From the NCBI GenBank assembly GCA_900546365.1, contig URCF01000006.1, positions 18,294 to 82,293 on the forward strand: a stretch of DNA of 64,000 nt, given 5' to 3'. Of the stretch, positions 10,516 through 21,475 are shown piece after piece. Under the pieces are notes generated by a model. The model did not search any database and had not been told where the DNA came from. It was given only the letters and a program-made list of their open reading frames with translations. Positions within the stretch are counted from its first letter, which is position 1, and the number at the start of each line of letters is the position of its first letter. The translations under genes and the position numbers were made by a program. The DNA comes from an uncultured Porphyromonadaceae bacterium. Lineage in GTDB: Bacteria; Bacteroidota; Bacteroidia; Bacteroidales; Muribaculaceae.

Positions 10516-10842
10516 CTACAAAGTGATCCGTCGGGTGGAAGTGCCGGCCTTGAGCAGGAATATACCCCGGGTGGAGAGCTTGTAGCGGTACACCCCCGGC
10601 TTGAGCGTATCCTGGACTATCACCTGACCAAGCAGAGTGAACAGCTTCACATGGGTGGTTTGACGCACCAACACATACACATATCCTTCGTGCACCACTA
10701 CGCTCACATCATCAGGCTGGGACACTTGCTCCACCTGCACAGGGAAACGCTCCGACTCCTCCCATGTGCGCGAGGCTCCGGAAGCACCTGCCGCCACAGC
10801 AACAGCCAATGCAAAGCATAATATGTGTTTACGAATGTTCAT
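10516..10842 (-). CDS. Small secreted protein resembling a stand-alone T9SS C-terminal domain
   Basis: Signal peptide, then VKLFTLLGQVI...RGIFLLKAGTSTRRITL, similar to type A CTD. Confidence 0.7.
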   Translation of the reverse strand: MNIRKHILCFALAVAVAAGASGASRTWEESERFPVQVEQVSQPDDVSVVVHEGYVYVLVRQTTHVKLFTLLGQVIVQDTLKPGVYRYKLSTRGIFLLKAGTSTRRITL

Positions 10843-10902
10843 TGATTTGCAAAGTTAATGATTTTTTCAATACAATTGGCCAACACACCCTATTTTAACA
10901 AA

Positions 10903-10936
10903 GTGGTGGCCGGCACCCCTGAATGCCGACCACCAC
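10903..10936 (-). terminator. Probable terminator after the 1509-aa adhesin gene
   Basis: GTGGTGGTCGGCA / TGCCGGCCACCAC stem (one G-U) on minus strand with a short T-run. Confidence 0.6.
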
Positions 10937-10966
10937 GCTTTTATAAATGTTTGATTGGAGAAATCT

Positions 10967-13900
10967 CTACTTCACCATCACTTTGGCCACTGTGCCTCCG
11001 GCTTTGACAAGATACATACCCGAGGCCACCGGAATGGTCTGATAGCCCTTGGAACGGATGATATACAGCATCTTGCCGTCAACGCCACTCACACATATTT
11101 CCATACCGGCGGGGGCTTTCACCCTGATTCCGCGGGCCACAGTGGTGATGCTCACCTCATCGGAATCAGCTTCCACACCGTCAATCGACGAGCTGCCGTC
11201 AATGGTCACATCCACCACAGGCGAGAATATCGATTCACCGGCATCATACACCGCTGTCACAGCGTAGGAATAGGTGCGGTTGAACTCAAGGCCGTTGTCC
11301 ACATACTCGTAGTCGCCCACTTCGGTGGGAGTGATCTTGACCCCATCGCGATACACATTGAAGCCCCAAAGCTCAAGGTCGGTGTGGCGGGGTGCGTATG
11401 TGATGTCATCAATCATCAAGCCTGTTTGCTGGCTCGACACACACCGGATGGCAAAGAACTTGCTTCCGGCAGGCAGCGCGAAGCTGTAGCGGCTCCATTC
11501 GTTGTAGGAAGTGACGGAAACCGGAGAGTCACCCGACACACAGGTGAAATCATCCAGATCCGGACTGCCCGAGGATGCCCACACTTCAAACCGCTCGTTG
11601 AGGTCGGTGGTGTACGCACACTTGGCGTAGAACGATATGGTCTGAGCATCGCCCGACAATTGCGGGGATATGAGCCAGTCATCGTTCTGTGTGCGGCATG
11701 CGAAGCTCACGAAGCACTGATTGCCGGAACGGGGTTTCAACACGGCTCCTCCGCCCGACTGAGGTGCATTGAACACGATGAATGCCTGAGGTTGGCCGGC
11801 GTTATCCCACTGGAGAACTCCGCTGCCGAGGCTGATCATTGTGGTCACCTGACCATCTTTGTCCACAGTGGTCCAATCGCCGATATTGTCAATGGCGAAC
11901 GGTGTATATGTTTCAACATCATCGGTCAATGTTTCCACATGGGGATACACAGTGGCTTCCTCCCACACAATGCGGGCAGACTGAACATCAGGGCTGTCGC
12001 CGATAATCTCGGTCACATACGGGAGCATGGGGGCGGTGAGATATATGGTGGTTTCGATGACATTGTTGTCCTCGGCACCATCCTCGGCACACTGCACCAC
12101 ACCGCGCAGATACATCGGACGCTCGTTGTTTTCAAGACCCGGGGTGATGGTGAACGGCACAAGGACGGTGGCGCCGGCATCGAGCGAAGCTACGCTCTCT
12201 GTGCCCACGAGCTCATCATCGGCATACAGCTGCACCGTTATGCCGCCGACAGCGGAAGTGCCGATATTGGCCACCTCCACATCGTAGGCGTTGGAGGTGC
12301 CGATCAAGCATTTCTCACCGCCTACAATACGCTGGGCCTTGATTTCCTTCTCGGGCTGGTCGCCGGTGATTGACATATTGTCGAGATGCACCTGACCCTT
12401 GTAATTGGTGGTGGAAGCATTGAACACCACCGACAGGCGGTTGCTCTTGGCATACTTTTCGGGAATTTCCACAGTGTATTGCTCCCAGCCGTTTTCGGTG
12501 CCGTACACGGCATACTGGGTGGGCAATATCTCGCGGCCGTTCTCCTCGGACACAAACCCGAGCTGCACATACGACCCCTGGGTGTTGGTGTCGGTGCTGC
12601 GGTACAGGTGGAAGGTAATTTTCACATTGTCAAAGCTCGACACATCTATGCGGGGCGACACATAGTCACCATAGCTGTAGCCGTAGCGCGAACCGCAGAA
12701 CGACACTTGTCCATAGTCACCGTCCTGACACACTGCGCGTGGGTCATAGGCCACATCGCTGTTAATCACCCATGTGGAACCGGAGGAACAGTTTTCAGGT
12801 TGCCATATGTAGTTCTGCTGGCTCTGGCGGGCCCATGACTCGTTGAACGGTAGTGGGTAAGACAGGCCCATCAGCACATTATCCGATGTAGTGGCTTCGC
12901 CTTGACCGCCACTGGTGGACGGAACAATACGGTATGACATATAACCCTGACGGCGTTCGTTGGGGATAGCTTCGCTGCAACCGTTGTCATAGTAGCTGTT
13001 GCCGCTCACGCCCTGTGCAATGAGGGTGGAGGTATAGTCAACCACACGATATATGTCGTATGTGAGGTCGGTCTCACTGAGGATGCCGCCGTTCACTCCG
13101 GTCATCGATTCAGGATATTTCCATTCAAGCAGAGCCTCGCTCCAGCCGTTGCGCGGAGTGACGGTGAAGTTCTCCACTGCTCTGGGCACATCGGCATAGG
13201 TGTTGATGCTGACAGAAGCACGCATACCTGCTCCGGCGGCGTTGGAGGCCACAACCATGTAGGTTTTCATACCCGATCCGTAGTTGTTGTCCACATACTT
13301 TAACGCTGCACCGGGTGCGGGAGCGCTGATGGTGGTGAGGAGCTCACCGTCGGCATTGTTGCGGTATATCTTTATGTCGTTGATTGATGTCAGCGGCTTA
13401 CCTTCGGCAGTGAGTGTGGGTGCGATGAACGACAGCTCCACACCCTGGGCGGTTTTTTCCGCTGTCAGATTGTTCACCTCCGCGGGGATGGCGGTGGTGC
13501 CGTAAACCGACACATAGATATTGTCGAGATACATGTGGTCGGTGTTGTTGCTCACATTGTGGAAACCGATACGCTTGTCGGTGGCACCCGGAATAAACAG
13601 GCACTCCACATTCAGAGGCTGCGATGCCGAATATCCGGGTGTCTCATACTCGCGGGTGTGCACTTTGTGGGTAAGCTTGTCAACGGTGGCATTAGAGCCG
13701 AGCACCACATCGATTTTGTTTACACCGCCCATATAGCCGTAGGTGTCGAACTGCAGACGGTAAACCTTGCCCTGCTCAAATTCCAGTGTGGGGGTAATCA
13801 ACCAGTCGTCGGCATCGCCTTTGGCCACAGTGGGGGTACAATAATACATAGCGGCGCGGGAGTTGGGCTGGAAGTACCAGCGGAATCCGTACTCGTCGTG

Positions 13901-15496
13901 CTCGTCGTTATTGGCATCTATCACAGTGAACGGCCACATAGCCTCGCCGGAATAGGTGAACGGCTCAAGATATGGCATTGGCCACGGTGTGCCGCTGAGG
14001 AACAGTTCCGAAATAGCATCCTGGCTCACTACTTCGCCTATTTTCGCGCTTACCCTGATCTGGGTCACGCCCATATTGCGGTTTTCAAATTTATAGTCAA
14101 GCTCGGAAGCAATGAGGTCACTGCCAATCACCACCTTGTCGGGCATAAGGGTCACATCGTAGCGCAACAGCGACTCATCGATATATCCGCCGTTCACACT
14201 CTTTGCAGGATCCCAGTTGATATGGATTTGATCGCCGTCGTCGTTTACATCAACGGTGAGGTTGGTGGGGGCGGCGGGAGTATCCGTTCCGGCAAACACT
14301 TCTATCTGTGCGGGCACGCTCTTATGATCGTTGCTGTAGCAATATACCTTTACCAAGTGTGATTCACTGGAAGCGAGTTCCACAACATCACTATGGAAAT
14401 CAGCGCCGGGTGTGAGTCCCGACTCGTTGGCCACCTCTACTCCGTCAATCACAGCTTCCACGCGGAGGGTGCCGCTGAGTGTGGTGCCGTCATAGGCCTG
14501 GGTGGGCAGCTTGCACACCACTTTTCCTTCCACAGTGCTCCCCGGCTCAAACACAAACTGCAGATCAGCAGCAGCTTTCGGAGCCTTAGCATGGCAGTCC
14601 TTCAAAGCCAGACCGGCAAGAATCTCGAGATTCTCGAAATTCTGCACCAGTTCCGCGGCTCCGGTGGTGGTGTTTATCTCAAAAAGCCCGTTGGTCCAAG
14701 TGCGCTCGTAGCTTGCGTTTTCCGTATAGGTTTGCGCCACAAGATACAACTTGCCTGTGCGGAGGTCGAAAGTGAGCGAGGAGAGCGACCCGGTGTACAG
14801 ATTGATATCCATCGGAGCCACCAATGTCACCTCGGCACTCTCTTTGTCAATCTTATAAAGATTGGTGGGTATGGAAATGCCCTGCGGTGTTCCCACACCC
14901 CACAGCTGACCTTCACCGTCGGCGGCAAGACTGTAGATACGCTCGCTGAGGGGGCCTACACTGGTCATCTCACCGGTGCTGAGGTCCACAGTTTTGAGCT
15001 GCAGCTCATTGCCCATGTATTTATTCTTGCCCACGGCAAAAACTTTACCCGACACATAGTCAACGGTCATATCTTCGGCCACATTCGGGTTACCGTTGCC
15101 AAACGAGCCTACCGACTCACCACGCCAGGTATCGACATCGTAGCGCCACACCGACGAGGTGTAGTTGGAATAAGTGCAATTGCTCGGCACTTTCACCGTA
15201 TAATAATAGCCATCGTAGTAAACACCGGCATCCGCCACTTTGGCTGACTCCACTTTCGACAACCGGTTGAAATAGCTGTCGGCTCCGGGGGTTAGTTCAT
15301 AGATGGCAAACTGCATGTTGGCAGTGCCTGTGCTGGTCCACGCCTGACTCTGGTTTATGGTGGCCATAAATTTCAACTCCGTAGGCTGCTCGTCAGCGGC
15401 TTTGGGCACTGCAAGAGGTGCAAAATGCTTCACCGTGGCACCTGTCACCGCCAATGCTACGGCAATCCCTGCACTAAGTAACAATGATTTGTTCAT
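10967..15496 (-). CDS. Large T9SS-secreted surface protein: propeller-like N-terminus, Fn3-like, cleaved-adhesin (choice-of-anchor J) and CARDB-like domains, C-terminal CTD
   Basis: Signal peptide; ADDWLITPTL and NDDWLISPQL cleaved-adhesin motifs; GFNVYRDG...YAVTAVY Fn3; C-terminal GMYLVKAGGTVAKVMVK. Confidence 0.85.
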   Translation of the reverse strand: MNKSLLLSAGIAVALAVTGATVKHFAPLAVPKAADEQPTELKFMATINQSQAWTSTGTANMQFAIYELTPGADSYFNRLSKVESAKVADAGVYYDGYYYTVKVPSNCTYSNYTSSVWRYDVDTWRGESVGSFGNGNPNVAEDMTVDYVSGKVFAVGKNKYMGNELQLKTVDLSTGEMTSVGPLSERIYSLAADGEGQLWGVGTPQGISIPTNLYKIDKESAEVTLVAPMDINLYTGSLSSLTFDLRTGKLYLVAQTYTENASYERTWTNGLFEINTTTGAAELVQNFENLEILAGLALKDCHAKAPKAAADLQFVFEPGSTVEGKVVCKLPTQAYDGTTLSGTLRVEAVIDGVEVANESGLTPGADFHSDVVELASSESHLVKVYCYSNDHKSVPAQIEVFAGTDTPAAPTNLTVDVNDDGDQIHINWDPAKSVNGGYIDESLLRYDVTLMPDKVVIGSDLIASELDYKFENRNMGVTQIRVSAKIGEVVSQDAISELFLSGTPWPMPYLEPFTYSGEAMWPFTVIDANNDEHDEYGFRWYFQPNSRAAMYYCTPTVAKGDADDWLITPTLEFEQGKVYRLQFDTYGYMGGVNKIDVVLGSNATVDKLTHKVHTREYETPGYSASQPLNVECLFIPGATDKRIGFHNVSNNTDHMYLDNIYVSVYGTTAIPAEVNNLTAEKTAQGVELSFIAPTLTAEGKPLTSINDIKIYRNNADGELLTTISAPAPGAALKYVDNNYGSGMKTYMVVASNAAGAGMRASVSINTYADVPRAVENFTVTPRNGWSEALLEWKYPESMTGVNGGILSETDLTYDIYRVVDYTSTLIAQGVSGNSYYDNGCSEAIPNERRQGYMSYRIVPSTSGGQGEATTSDNVLMGLSYPLPFNESWARQSQQNYIWQPENCSSGSTWVINSDVAYDPRAVCQDGDYGQVSFCGSRYGYSYGDYVSPRIDVSSFDNVKITFHLYRSTDTNTQGSYVQLGFVSEENGREILPTQYAVYGTENGWEQYTVEIPEKYAKSNRLSVVFNASTTNYKGQVHLDNMSITGDQPEKEIKAQRIVGGEKCLIGTSNAYDVEVANIGTSAVGGITVQLYADDELVGTESVASLDAGATVLVPFTITPGLENNERPMYLRGVVQCAEDGAEDNNVIETTIYLTAPMLPYVTEIIGDSPDVQSARIVWEEATVYPHVETLTDDVETYTPFAIDNIGDWTTVDKDGQVTTMISLGSGVLQWDNAGQPQAFIVFNAPQSGGGAVLKPRSGNQCFVSFACRTQNDDWLISPQLSGDAQTISFYAKCAYTTDLNERFEVWASSGSPDLDDFTCVSGDSPVSVTSYNEWSRYSFALPAGSKFFAIRCVSSQQTGLMIDDITYAPRHTDLELWGFNVYRDGVKITPTEVGDYEYVDNGLEFNRTYSYAVTAVYDAGESIFSPVVDVTIDGSSSIDGVEADSDEVSITTVARGIRVKAPAGMEICVSGVDGKMLYIIRSKGYQTIPVASGMYLVKAGGTVAKVMVK

Positions 15497-15499
15497 ATA

Positions 15500-18370
15500 C
15501 TATTTGTTATTGTGATTTGAATTGATTTTCAAAATTTCATTACCCACCTTCACCAAGTACACTCCGCCGGCAGCGGCGACACTCGCCTCGCAACCGGGCT
15601 CAATGGAGGCGTTGGCCACCAGTATGCCGGACACGGTGCTCACAAGGTAGCGCACCGCCGCATCAGAGTTGTTGGTGAGCAGGATATTGCCTCCGTCCAT
15701 ACGCACTTCCACGCCGCCCACCTTGGCAACGCTGTCGATGGCACCAAACCCGGTCACCACCTCTATTTCGTTGGACTCAAGGCTACGCACATCGTCTGCC
15801 GATATGGCCGACACGGTGTAGAAATAGTGTACCCCCGGGGTGAGACCAGTCACTTCATGGCTGGTGGACAGAGATTTGAACGCTTCGTAGCCATCTACAT
15901 ACTGACGGCTTGTAGCTCCGTTGTAGTACAATGTCACATCATCCACGAACAGCGAGCCCGAAGTGCGCTCAAACTGAAGCTGCACAGCTTTGCATCCCGA
16001 CGGCATGGCGGGAGTGGAGGATTCATTCACCACGATTGTTTCGGCGGCGCTCACCAGCTTGGAGGCATCAAATGAGGCCACTTCGGTCCAGCTTCCGTTG
16101 ATCAGGCCCATCAGCTTGAGGGTGCCCGAGGTGGACGCGGCGGCCTTGGCCCAGAAGGAGATGCCGTTGACATCCACATCATAGGTGCGGGTGCGCAGCA
16201 GATCGTTGTTGGCCGACAGGCGCAGCGACGGACGGGAGGCACCGTAAGTGCCGGCCATACCGCTCGTGGCTGTGGCATTGGTGTACCACCCTTCGGGAAG
16301 CGAGGAGAGACCACCGGTGAAGTCACACTCCTCGGTGGTGGGTTCGTTGAAAATTTTTGTATATACGTTCAGCTCATAGCTTACGGCATTATCCATCTCC
16401 TGCCACCGGGCCACAAACGAGTTGCTCTCCACACTTTCGGCAGGAAGGGCCTCCACCGCCAGCATATCAAATGTGGGAGGCGTGGTGCTGACCTTCACAC
16501 GCTGCGAGTTGGCACTCTTTTTGTCGCCGCTCACCGCACGCACCACATAGCTGTAGGCCGTGGCAGGTGTAAGTCCGGTGATATCCAGATAGCAGTCGTC
16601 CAGTCCATCGGTCTGCTTGGTGAAGCTCTCCATCGGAATCACCTCATCACCCTTGAAGAGGTCAATTTCATAATTATATATCTCACTGCGTCCGGTCCAG
16701 TTGGCGCGGAAGCTGAGCGGAGACACTTCAGTAGCTTCCAGAGCCTCCACAGCGGCAATACGGTCACCGCCGCCGAGGATGTCAAACGATATCACACCAT
16801 CCTGTTCGTGGATATTGGTAATAGGCTTTTCAACCCTCACATTGGTCCATGTGCGCATCGACGGTGTGGTGTTGTCGGTGAACGAGGTGACATTGCTTGT
16901 GCCCGGGAATGGGTCGCCCGACCAGGAACTCTGGTCAGCAAGACCGTCAGCCTCCACTATATCCACCCTCAGATGCTGCGACTTGGTGACGGAATTGACC
17001 TGATTGTCTTTCCACAACTGGGGGTCGAAATCTATATGCCACACCAGCATACCGTGGCCCGGGATGTAAGAGTCCCAGCCGCGCTTCTGACGATTCTCGA
17101 GCAGATAATATTCATTTTCGGAGATTGTAGTGATCATCAACGCCTCATCATCGGCACTCGACTGCACATCATTAAAAGATTTCAGCACCACAGTTTCCCC
17201 CACAGTCAGCTCACGCGGATTGATCCATTTGAGACAAGCGCGGTCATACACGCTCATATAAGGCGGTGTGTTGCCGTCATTCAGATACGGACCCACATCC
17301 ATCAGCTCGAAATGGCCGGGAGTGAACGAAGTGGTGCCGTCCGTGGCATACAGGTCGGGCAAGCCGAGCACATGGCTGAACTCATGGCAGAATGTGCCGA
17401 TACCGGTGCGCACCGAGCCCGAAGTGCCCTGTATCTCATTGGTGCACGCGTAGTTGCCCACCTGCACTCCGTCAAGTATCAGTTTGATACCTCCGTAGGT
17501 CCATATATTGGCCGCGTGAGGCCAGATAGTGTGGGACGGGGCTCCGCTGTTCTGTCCGTAGCCGGCATAGAACACAAATACATTGTCCACCATGCCGTCG
17601 CCATCCTCATCGTAGAGCGAGAAATCCACCTGACCATCTATCAGCTTGCAGGCATCAGCTATCATCTCGTAGGGGTTGGCATCGTGCAGGTTGGCTGTCT
17701 CGCGACCGTAGTAGGCCATACTGTTGGGGAGTGTCACGGGACCGAACACATCAAACTCCGGTGTGAACAGTCCGCGGCTGTTCTCTACAAAGTAGTCGCG
17801 GGCACTGCCGGTGGCGCCATTGTAGCTGTAACCATCCTGTGTCATGAGGTTGGTGAACGCCTGCAGCGGGTTGGATGTCACGAATTTTTGATCGGGAAAC
17901 TCCACAAGCAGTATCAACGCCCTGGGCGAACCGATTGACGGATAGGCTGTGAACAGGTCGGTGAACTGACCTCCGGCCTTAGTGTCCTTGGCATTGGCAA
18001 GCTGGCGCTCAGCCACACCCTGAAGCTCCTTCATGGCGGTGGCATCAACAGATCTCAGATATTCCAGCTCCGAGGCACCGCGCAACGCGGGACTGTGCGC
18101 CACCACACCGCTCGACATCAGTCGTGCACCGCTCTTCTTGGCATAGCACAGATTGCCCTGCTCATCAGCCACCAGCAGATGATTGTCCTCAGTGGTGTAG
18201 TAGTGCATATTCTCGTCACCATGCAGCCGCACGGTCATTTGGCTCCCGTCGGCAAGAGTCACAGTGACAGGAGTAGGAATGGCCGGGATGGCATTGACCA
18301 CCTGCGGACACACTCCAACAGCGGCCACCAAAGTCAGTCCGGCAATAATAGTAGATATTTTCATAAGCAT
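15500..18370 (-). CDS. M6 family (immune inhibitor A-like) metalloprotease with Fn3 domains and T9SS CTD
   Basis: RLHGDENMHYY propeptide, FCHEFSHVLGLPDLY zinc motif, YYLLENRQ..GWD..IPGHGMLVWHID, C-terminal GVYLVKVG. Confidence 0.93.
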   Translation of the reverse strand: MLMKISTIIAGLTLVAAVGVCPQVVNAIPAIPTPVTVTLADGSQMTVRLHGDENMHYYTTEDNHLLVADEQGNLCYAKKSGARLMSSGVVAHSPALRGASELEYLRSVDATAMKELQGVAERQLANAKDTKAGGQFTDLFTAYPSIGSPRALILLVEFPDQKFVTSNPLQAFTNLMTQDGYSYNGATGSARDYFVENSRGLFTPEFDVFGPVTLPNSMAYYGRETANLHDANPYEMIADACKLIDGQVDFSLYDEDGDGMVDNVFVFYAGYGQNSGAPSHTIWPHAANIWTYGGIKLILDGVQVGNYACTNEIQGTSGSVRTGIGTFCHEFSHVLGLPDLYATDGTTSFTPGHFELMDVGPYLNDGNTPPYMSVYDRACLKWINPRELTVGETVVLKSFNDVQSSADDEALMITTISENEYYLLENRQKRGWDSYIPGHGMLVWHIDFDPQLWKDNQVNSVTKSQHLRVDIVEADGLADQSSWSGDPFPGTSNVTSFTDNTTPSMRTWTNVRVEKPITNIHEQDGVISFDILGGGDRIAAVEALEATEVSPLSFRANWTGRSEIYNYEIDLFKGDEVIPMESFTKQTDGLDDCYLDITGLTPATAYSYVVRAVSGDKKSANSQRVKVSTTPPTFDMLAVEALPAESVESNSFVARWQEMDNAVSYELNVYTKIFNEPTTEECDFTGGLSSLPEGWYTNATATSGMAGTYGASRPSLRLSANNDLLRTRTYDVDVNGISFWAKAAASTSGTLKLMGLINGSWTEVASFDASKLVSAAETIVVNESSTPAMPSGCKAVQLQFERTSGSLFVDDVTLYYNGATSRQYVDGYEAFKSLSTSHEVTGLTPGVHYFYTVSAISADDVRSLESNEIEVVTGFGAIDSVAKVGGVEVRMDGGNILLTNNSDAAVRYLVSTVSGILVANASIEPGCEASVAAAGGVYLVKVGNEILKINSNHNNK

Positions 18371-18486
18371 AATTCTGTAATATTTTACAAAAATAGCACC
18401 ATTTCATCAAATTTCAAACATTTTGCTTTAAATTTAAAAAATCATCACCCATTTTGCCACCGCCCAAACCCCATCTACCCATCAAA

Positions 18487-18540
18487 TCATAGGACTCATA
18501 AGACTTATAGGACTTATCCGACTCATAAGACTCATCCGAC
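18487..18540 (+). repeat. Six degenerate 9-bp tandem repeats (consensus TYATMVGAC)
   Basis: tcataggac tcataagac ttataggac ttatccgac tcataagac tcatccgac. Confidence 0.92.
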
Positions 18541-18551
18541 TCCCCACCCCC

Positions 18552-18592
18552 AAAAAACAGCAAGCAGCCGAACCCCGGAGGGCTCGGCTGCT
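18552..18592 (-). terminator. Intrinsic terminator of the sdh/frd operon
   Basis: Minus strand AGCAGCCGAGCCC-TCCG-GGGTTCGGCTGCT followed by TGCTGTTTTTT. Confidence 0.8.
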
Positions 18593-18616
18593 GACAATTC
18601 TGTTTAACTATTTCTG

Positions 18617-19372
18617 TTAGTCGGCGAACTTGGCCTTGATGAACTCGCGGTTCATGCGGGCTATGTTGCTCAGAGGCTCGTTCTTGGGGCACTCTGCGGC
18701 ACAAGCACCTGTGTTGGTGCAGTTGCCGAAGCCGAGCTCATCCATCTTCTTGACCATGGCGCGGGCGCGACGGGCACGCTCCACCTGACCCTGGGGCAGA
18801 AGGGCAAACTGGCTCACCTTGGAGGCTACGAACAGCATTGCGGAACCGTTCTTACAAGCAGCCACGCAAGCACCGCAACCGATACATGTGGCAGCATCCA
18901 TGGCCACATCAGCCACCTCTTTGGAGATAGGAGTTGCGTTGGCATCGGGAGCACCACCGCAGTTGAACGACACATAACCGCCGGCCTGCTGAATCTGGTC
19001 GAATGCGTTACGGTTCACCATAAGGTCGCGTACCACGGGGAACGCAGCCGAGCGCCAGGGCTCGATGGTGATGGTGTCGCCGTTCTTGAACTTACGCATA
19101 TGGAGCTGACAGGTGGTGATACCCTGCACAGGGCCGTGGGGATGGCCGTTGATATACAGGGAGCACATGCCGCAGATACCTTCGCGGCAGTCGCTGTCGA
19201 ACACCACCGGCTCCTCGTTTTTCTCCACGAGCTGCTGGTTGAGCATATCAAGCATCTCCAGGAAGCTGCTCCCGGTAGATACGTTGTCGAGATGATAATT
19301 GACGAACTGACCCTTTTCCTTAGGACCACGCTGACGCCAAATTTTCAAGTTTACGCTTATTGTTGTTTCCAT
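18617..19372 (-). CDS. sdhB: Succinate dehydrogenase/fumarate reductase iron-sulfur subunit
   Basis: [21 protein letters not shown] and [12 protein letters not shown] cluster motifs. Confidence 0.96.
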   Translation of the reverse strand: METTISVNLKIWRQRGPKEKGQFVNYHLDNVSTGSSFLEMLDMLNQQLVEKNEEPVVFDSDCREGICGMCSLYINGHPHGPVQGITTCQLHMRKFKNGDTITIEPWRSAAFPVVRDLMVNRNAFDQIQQAGGYVSFNCGGAPDANATPISKEVADVAMDAATCIGCGACVAACKNGSAMLFVASKVSQFALLPQGQVERARRARAMVKKMDELGFGNCTNTGACAAECPKNEPLSNIARMNREFIKAKFAD

Positions 19373-19410
19373 TGAAGTCTTTGAATTTTAGAGATACGTG
19401 GTAATCGGGA

Positions 19411-21444
19411 TTACGACTTGTAGTTGCGGGTTTGCACCTTGATGGCCTCATATTTGAGCGGCTCTTTGAGGAGCACGGGCTTTTCGTTGTCGCCGGTGTA
19501 CTTCCAGCAGCTCACATACATATAGTGCTCATCGTCGCGGGCGGCTTCGCCGTCGGCAGTCTGGTACTCCTCGCGGAAGTGAGCGCCGCACGATTCGTTG
19601 CGGTGAAGAGCGTCGATTGCCATCATCTTGGCCATTGTCAGGAAGTCCTCGAGACGGAGAGCCTTTTCAAGCTCGGTGTTGAGGTCGTCGGCGCTGCCCA
19701 CGATGCGGAGGTCGGTGTAGAACTCTTTCTTCACATCCTCAAGCTCGTCGAGAGCTTTTACGAGGCTCTGGAGTGTGCGGCCCATGCCCACAAGATTCCA
19801 CATCACATGACCGAGACGCTTGTGAATCTGGTCGGGGCTCTTGGTACCCTTGATGTTCATGAGCTTGTTGATGCGCTCGCGCACGCCCTTTTCAGCCTCG
19901 TCAAATTCGGGGTGAGTGGTGTCGAAAGTGCTGCGGGCCACCTTGATCTGGTCGCTGAGATAGTTCTGCATAGTGTAGGGAAGCACGAAGTAACCGTCGG
20001 CCAGACCCTGCATGAGCGCGGAGGCACCGAGACGGTTGGCACCGTGGTCGGAGAAGTTACATTCGCCGATCGCGAACAGACCCTTGATGGAAGTCTGGAG
20101 CTCGTAGTCAACCCATATACCGCCCATGGTGTAGTGGGAGGCGGGGAAGATCATCATAGGTGTTTCGTAGGGGTTGTCGTCCGAAATCATCTGATACATA
20201 TCGAACAGGTTGCCGTAGCGGTCACGAACCACATCAGCACCGAGACGGTCGATAGCATACTTGAAGTCGAGATACACAGCATTGCCGGTACCTACGCCAT
20301 AGCCGGCATCGCAACGCTCCTTGGCGGCACGCGAAGCAATGTCGCGGGGGCAGAGGTTACCGAAAGCGGGGTAGCGGCGCTCCAGATAGAAGTCGCGGTC
20401 CTCATCGGGAATATCGGTCGGTTTTTTCTTGCCGGCGCGGATAGCTTCGGCGTCCTCTTTCTTTTTGGGCACCCAGATACGGCCGTCGTTGCGGAGCGAC
20501 TCACTCATGAGGGTGAGCTTGCTCTGGTCCTCACCGTGCACGGGGATACAGGTGGGGTGGATCTGAGTGAAAGCGAGGTTGGAGAGGTAGGCACCCTTCT
20601 TGAACACCTGGATGGCGGCGGAGCCGTTGCAGCCCATGGCGTTGGTGCTTAGGAAGAATGTGCGGCCATAACCACCGGTAGCGAGCACCACTGCATGTGC
20701 AGCGTAACGCTCGAGCTCACCTGTGATGAGGTTGCGGACAATGATACCGCGTGCGCGGCCGTCGATGATCACCACATCAAGCATCTCGCGGCGGTTGAAC
20801 GAGCGGACGGTGCCCTTGTTGATCTGACGGTTAAGCGAAGCGTAAGCGCCGAGCAGCAGCTGCTGACCGGTTTGACCCTTGGCGTAGAAAGTGCGGCTCA
20901 CCTGGGCGCCACCGAACGAGCGGTTGGCGAGGAGGCCACCGTATTCACGTGCGAAAGGCACACCCTGCTGCACGCACTGGTCAATGATATTGTTGCTCAC
21001 CTCGGCGAGACGGTACACATTGGCCTCACGTGAACGGAAGTCGCCACCTTTTACAGTGTCGTAGAACAGGCGGTAAACAGAGTCACCGTCGTTCTGATAA
21101 TCCTTGGCTGCATTGATACCACCCTGAGCGGCGATAGAGTGAGCGCGGCGGGGTGAGTCCTGGATGCAGAAGTTATATACATTGAAGCCAAGCTCGGCAA
21201 GAGTGGAGGCTGCGGAAGCTCCGGCAAGGCCTGTGCCCACAACGATGATGTCGAGATTGCGCTTGTTGGCGGGGTTCACCAGCTTCTGGTGGGCCTTGTA
21301 GTTAGTCCACTTCTCGGCTACGGGACCCTCGGGAATTTTGGAGTCAATCTGATATTCGGGAAGTTTTGACGACTCGATGTCGGCATAGTCCTTCATGATG
21401 GGGGTAGAGTCTATCATACCCTCAAGTTTGCTTAAATCTGCCAT
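19411..21444 (-). CDS. sdhA: Succinate dehydrogenase/fumarate reductase flavoprotein subunit
   Basis: [48 protein letters not shown]. Confidence 0.97.
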   Translation of the reverse strand: MADLSKLEGMIDSTPIMKDYADIESSKLPEYQIDSKIPEGPVAEKWTNYKAHQKLVNPANKRNLDIIVVGTGLAGASAASTLAELGFNVYNFCIQDSPRRAHSIAAQGGINAAKDYQNDGDSVYRLFYDTVKGGDFRSREANVYRLAEVSNNIIDQCVQQGVPFAREYGGLLANRSFGGAQVSRTFYAKGQTGQQLLLGAYASLNRQINKGTVRSFNRREMLDVVIIDGRARGIIVRNLITGELERYAAHAVVLATGGYGRTFFLSTNAMGCNGSAAIQVFKKGAYLSNLAFTQIHPTCIPVHGEDQSKLTLMSESLRNDGRIWVPKKKEDAEAIRAGKKKPTDIPDEDRDFYLERRYPAFGNLCPRDIASRAAKERCDAGYGVGTGNAVYLDFKYAIDRLGADVVRDRYGNLFDMYQMISDDNPYETPMMIFPASHYTMGGIWVDYELQTSIKGLFAIGECNFSDHGANRLGASALMQGLADGYFVLPYTMQNYLSDQIKVARSTFDTTHPEFDEAEKGVRERINKLMNIKGTKSPDQIHKRLGHVMWNLVGMGRTLQSLVKALDELEDVKKEFYTDLRIVGSADDLNTELEKALRLEDFLTMAKMMAIDALHRNESCGAHFREEYQTADGEAARDDEHYMYVSCWKYTGDNEKPVLLKEPLKYEAIKVQTRNYKS

Positions 21445-21475
21445 ATCTGTGATTGGTGTGTAGTTCGGTTAATAA

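Noticed and set aside
18487..18540. CRISPR array
   Set aside because: The 9-bp units are contiguous with no spacers, and there are no cas genes in the window.
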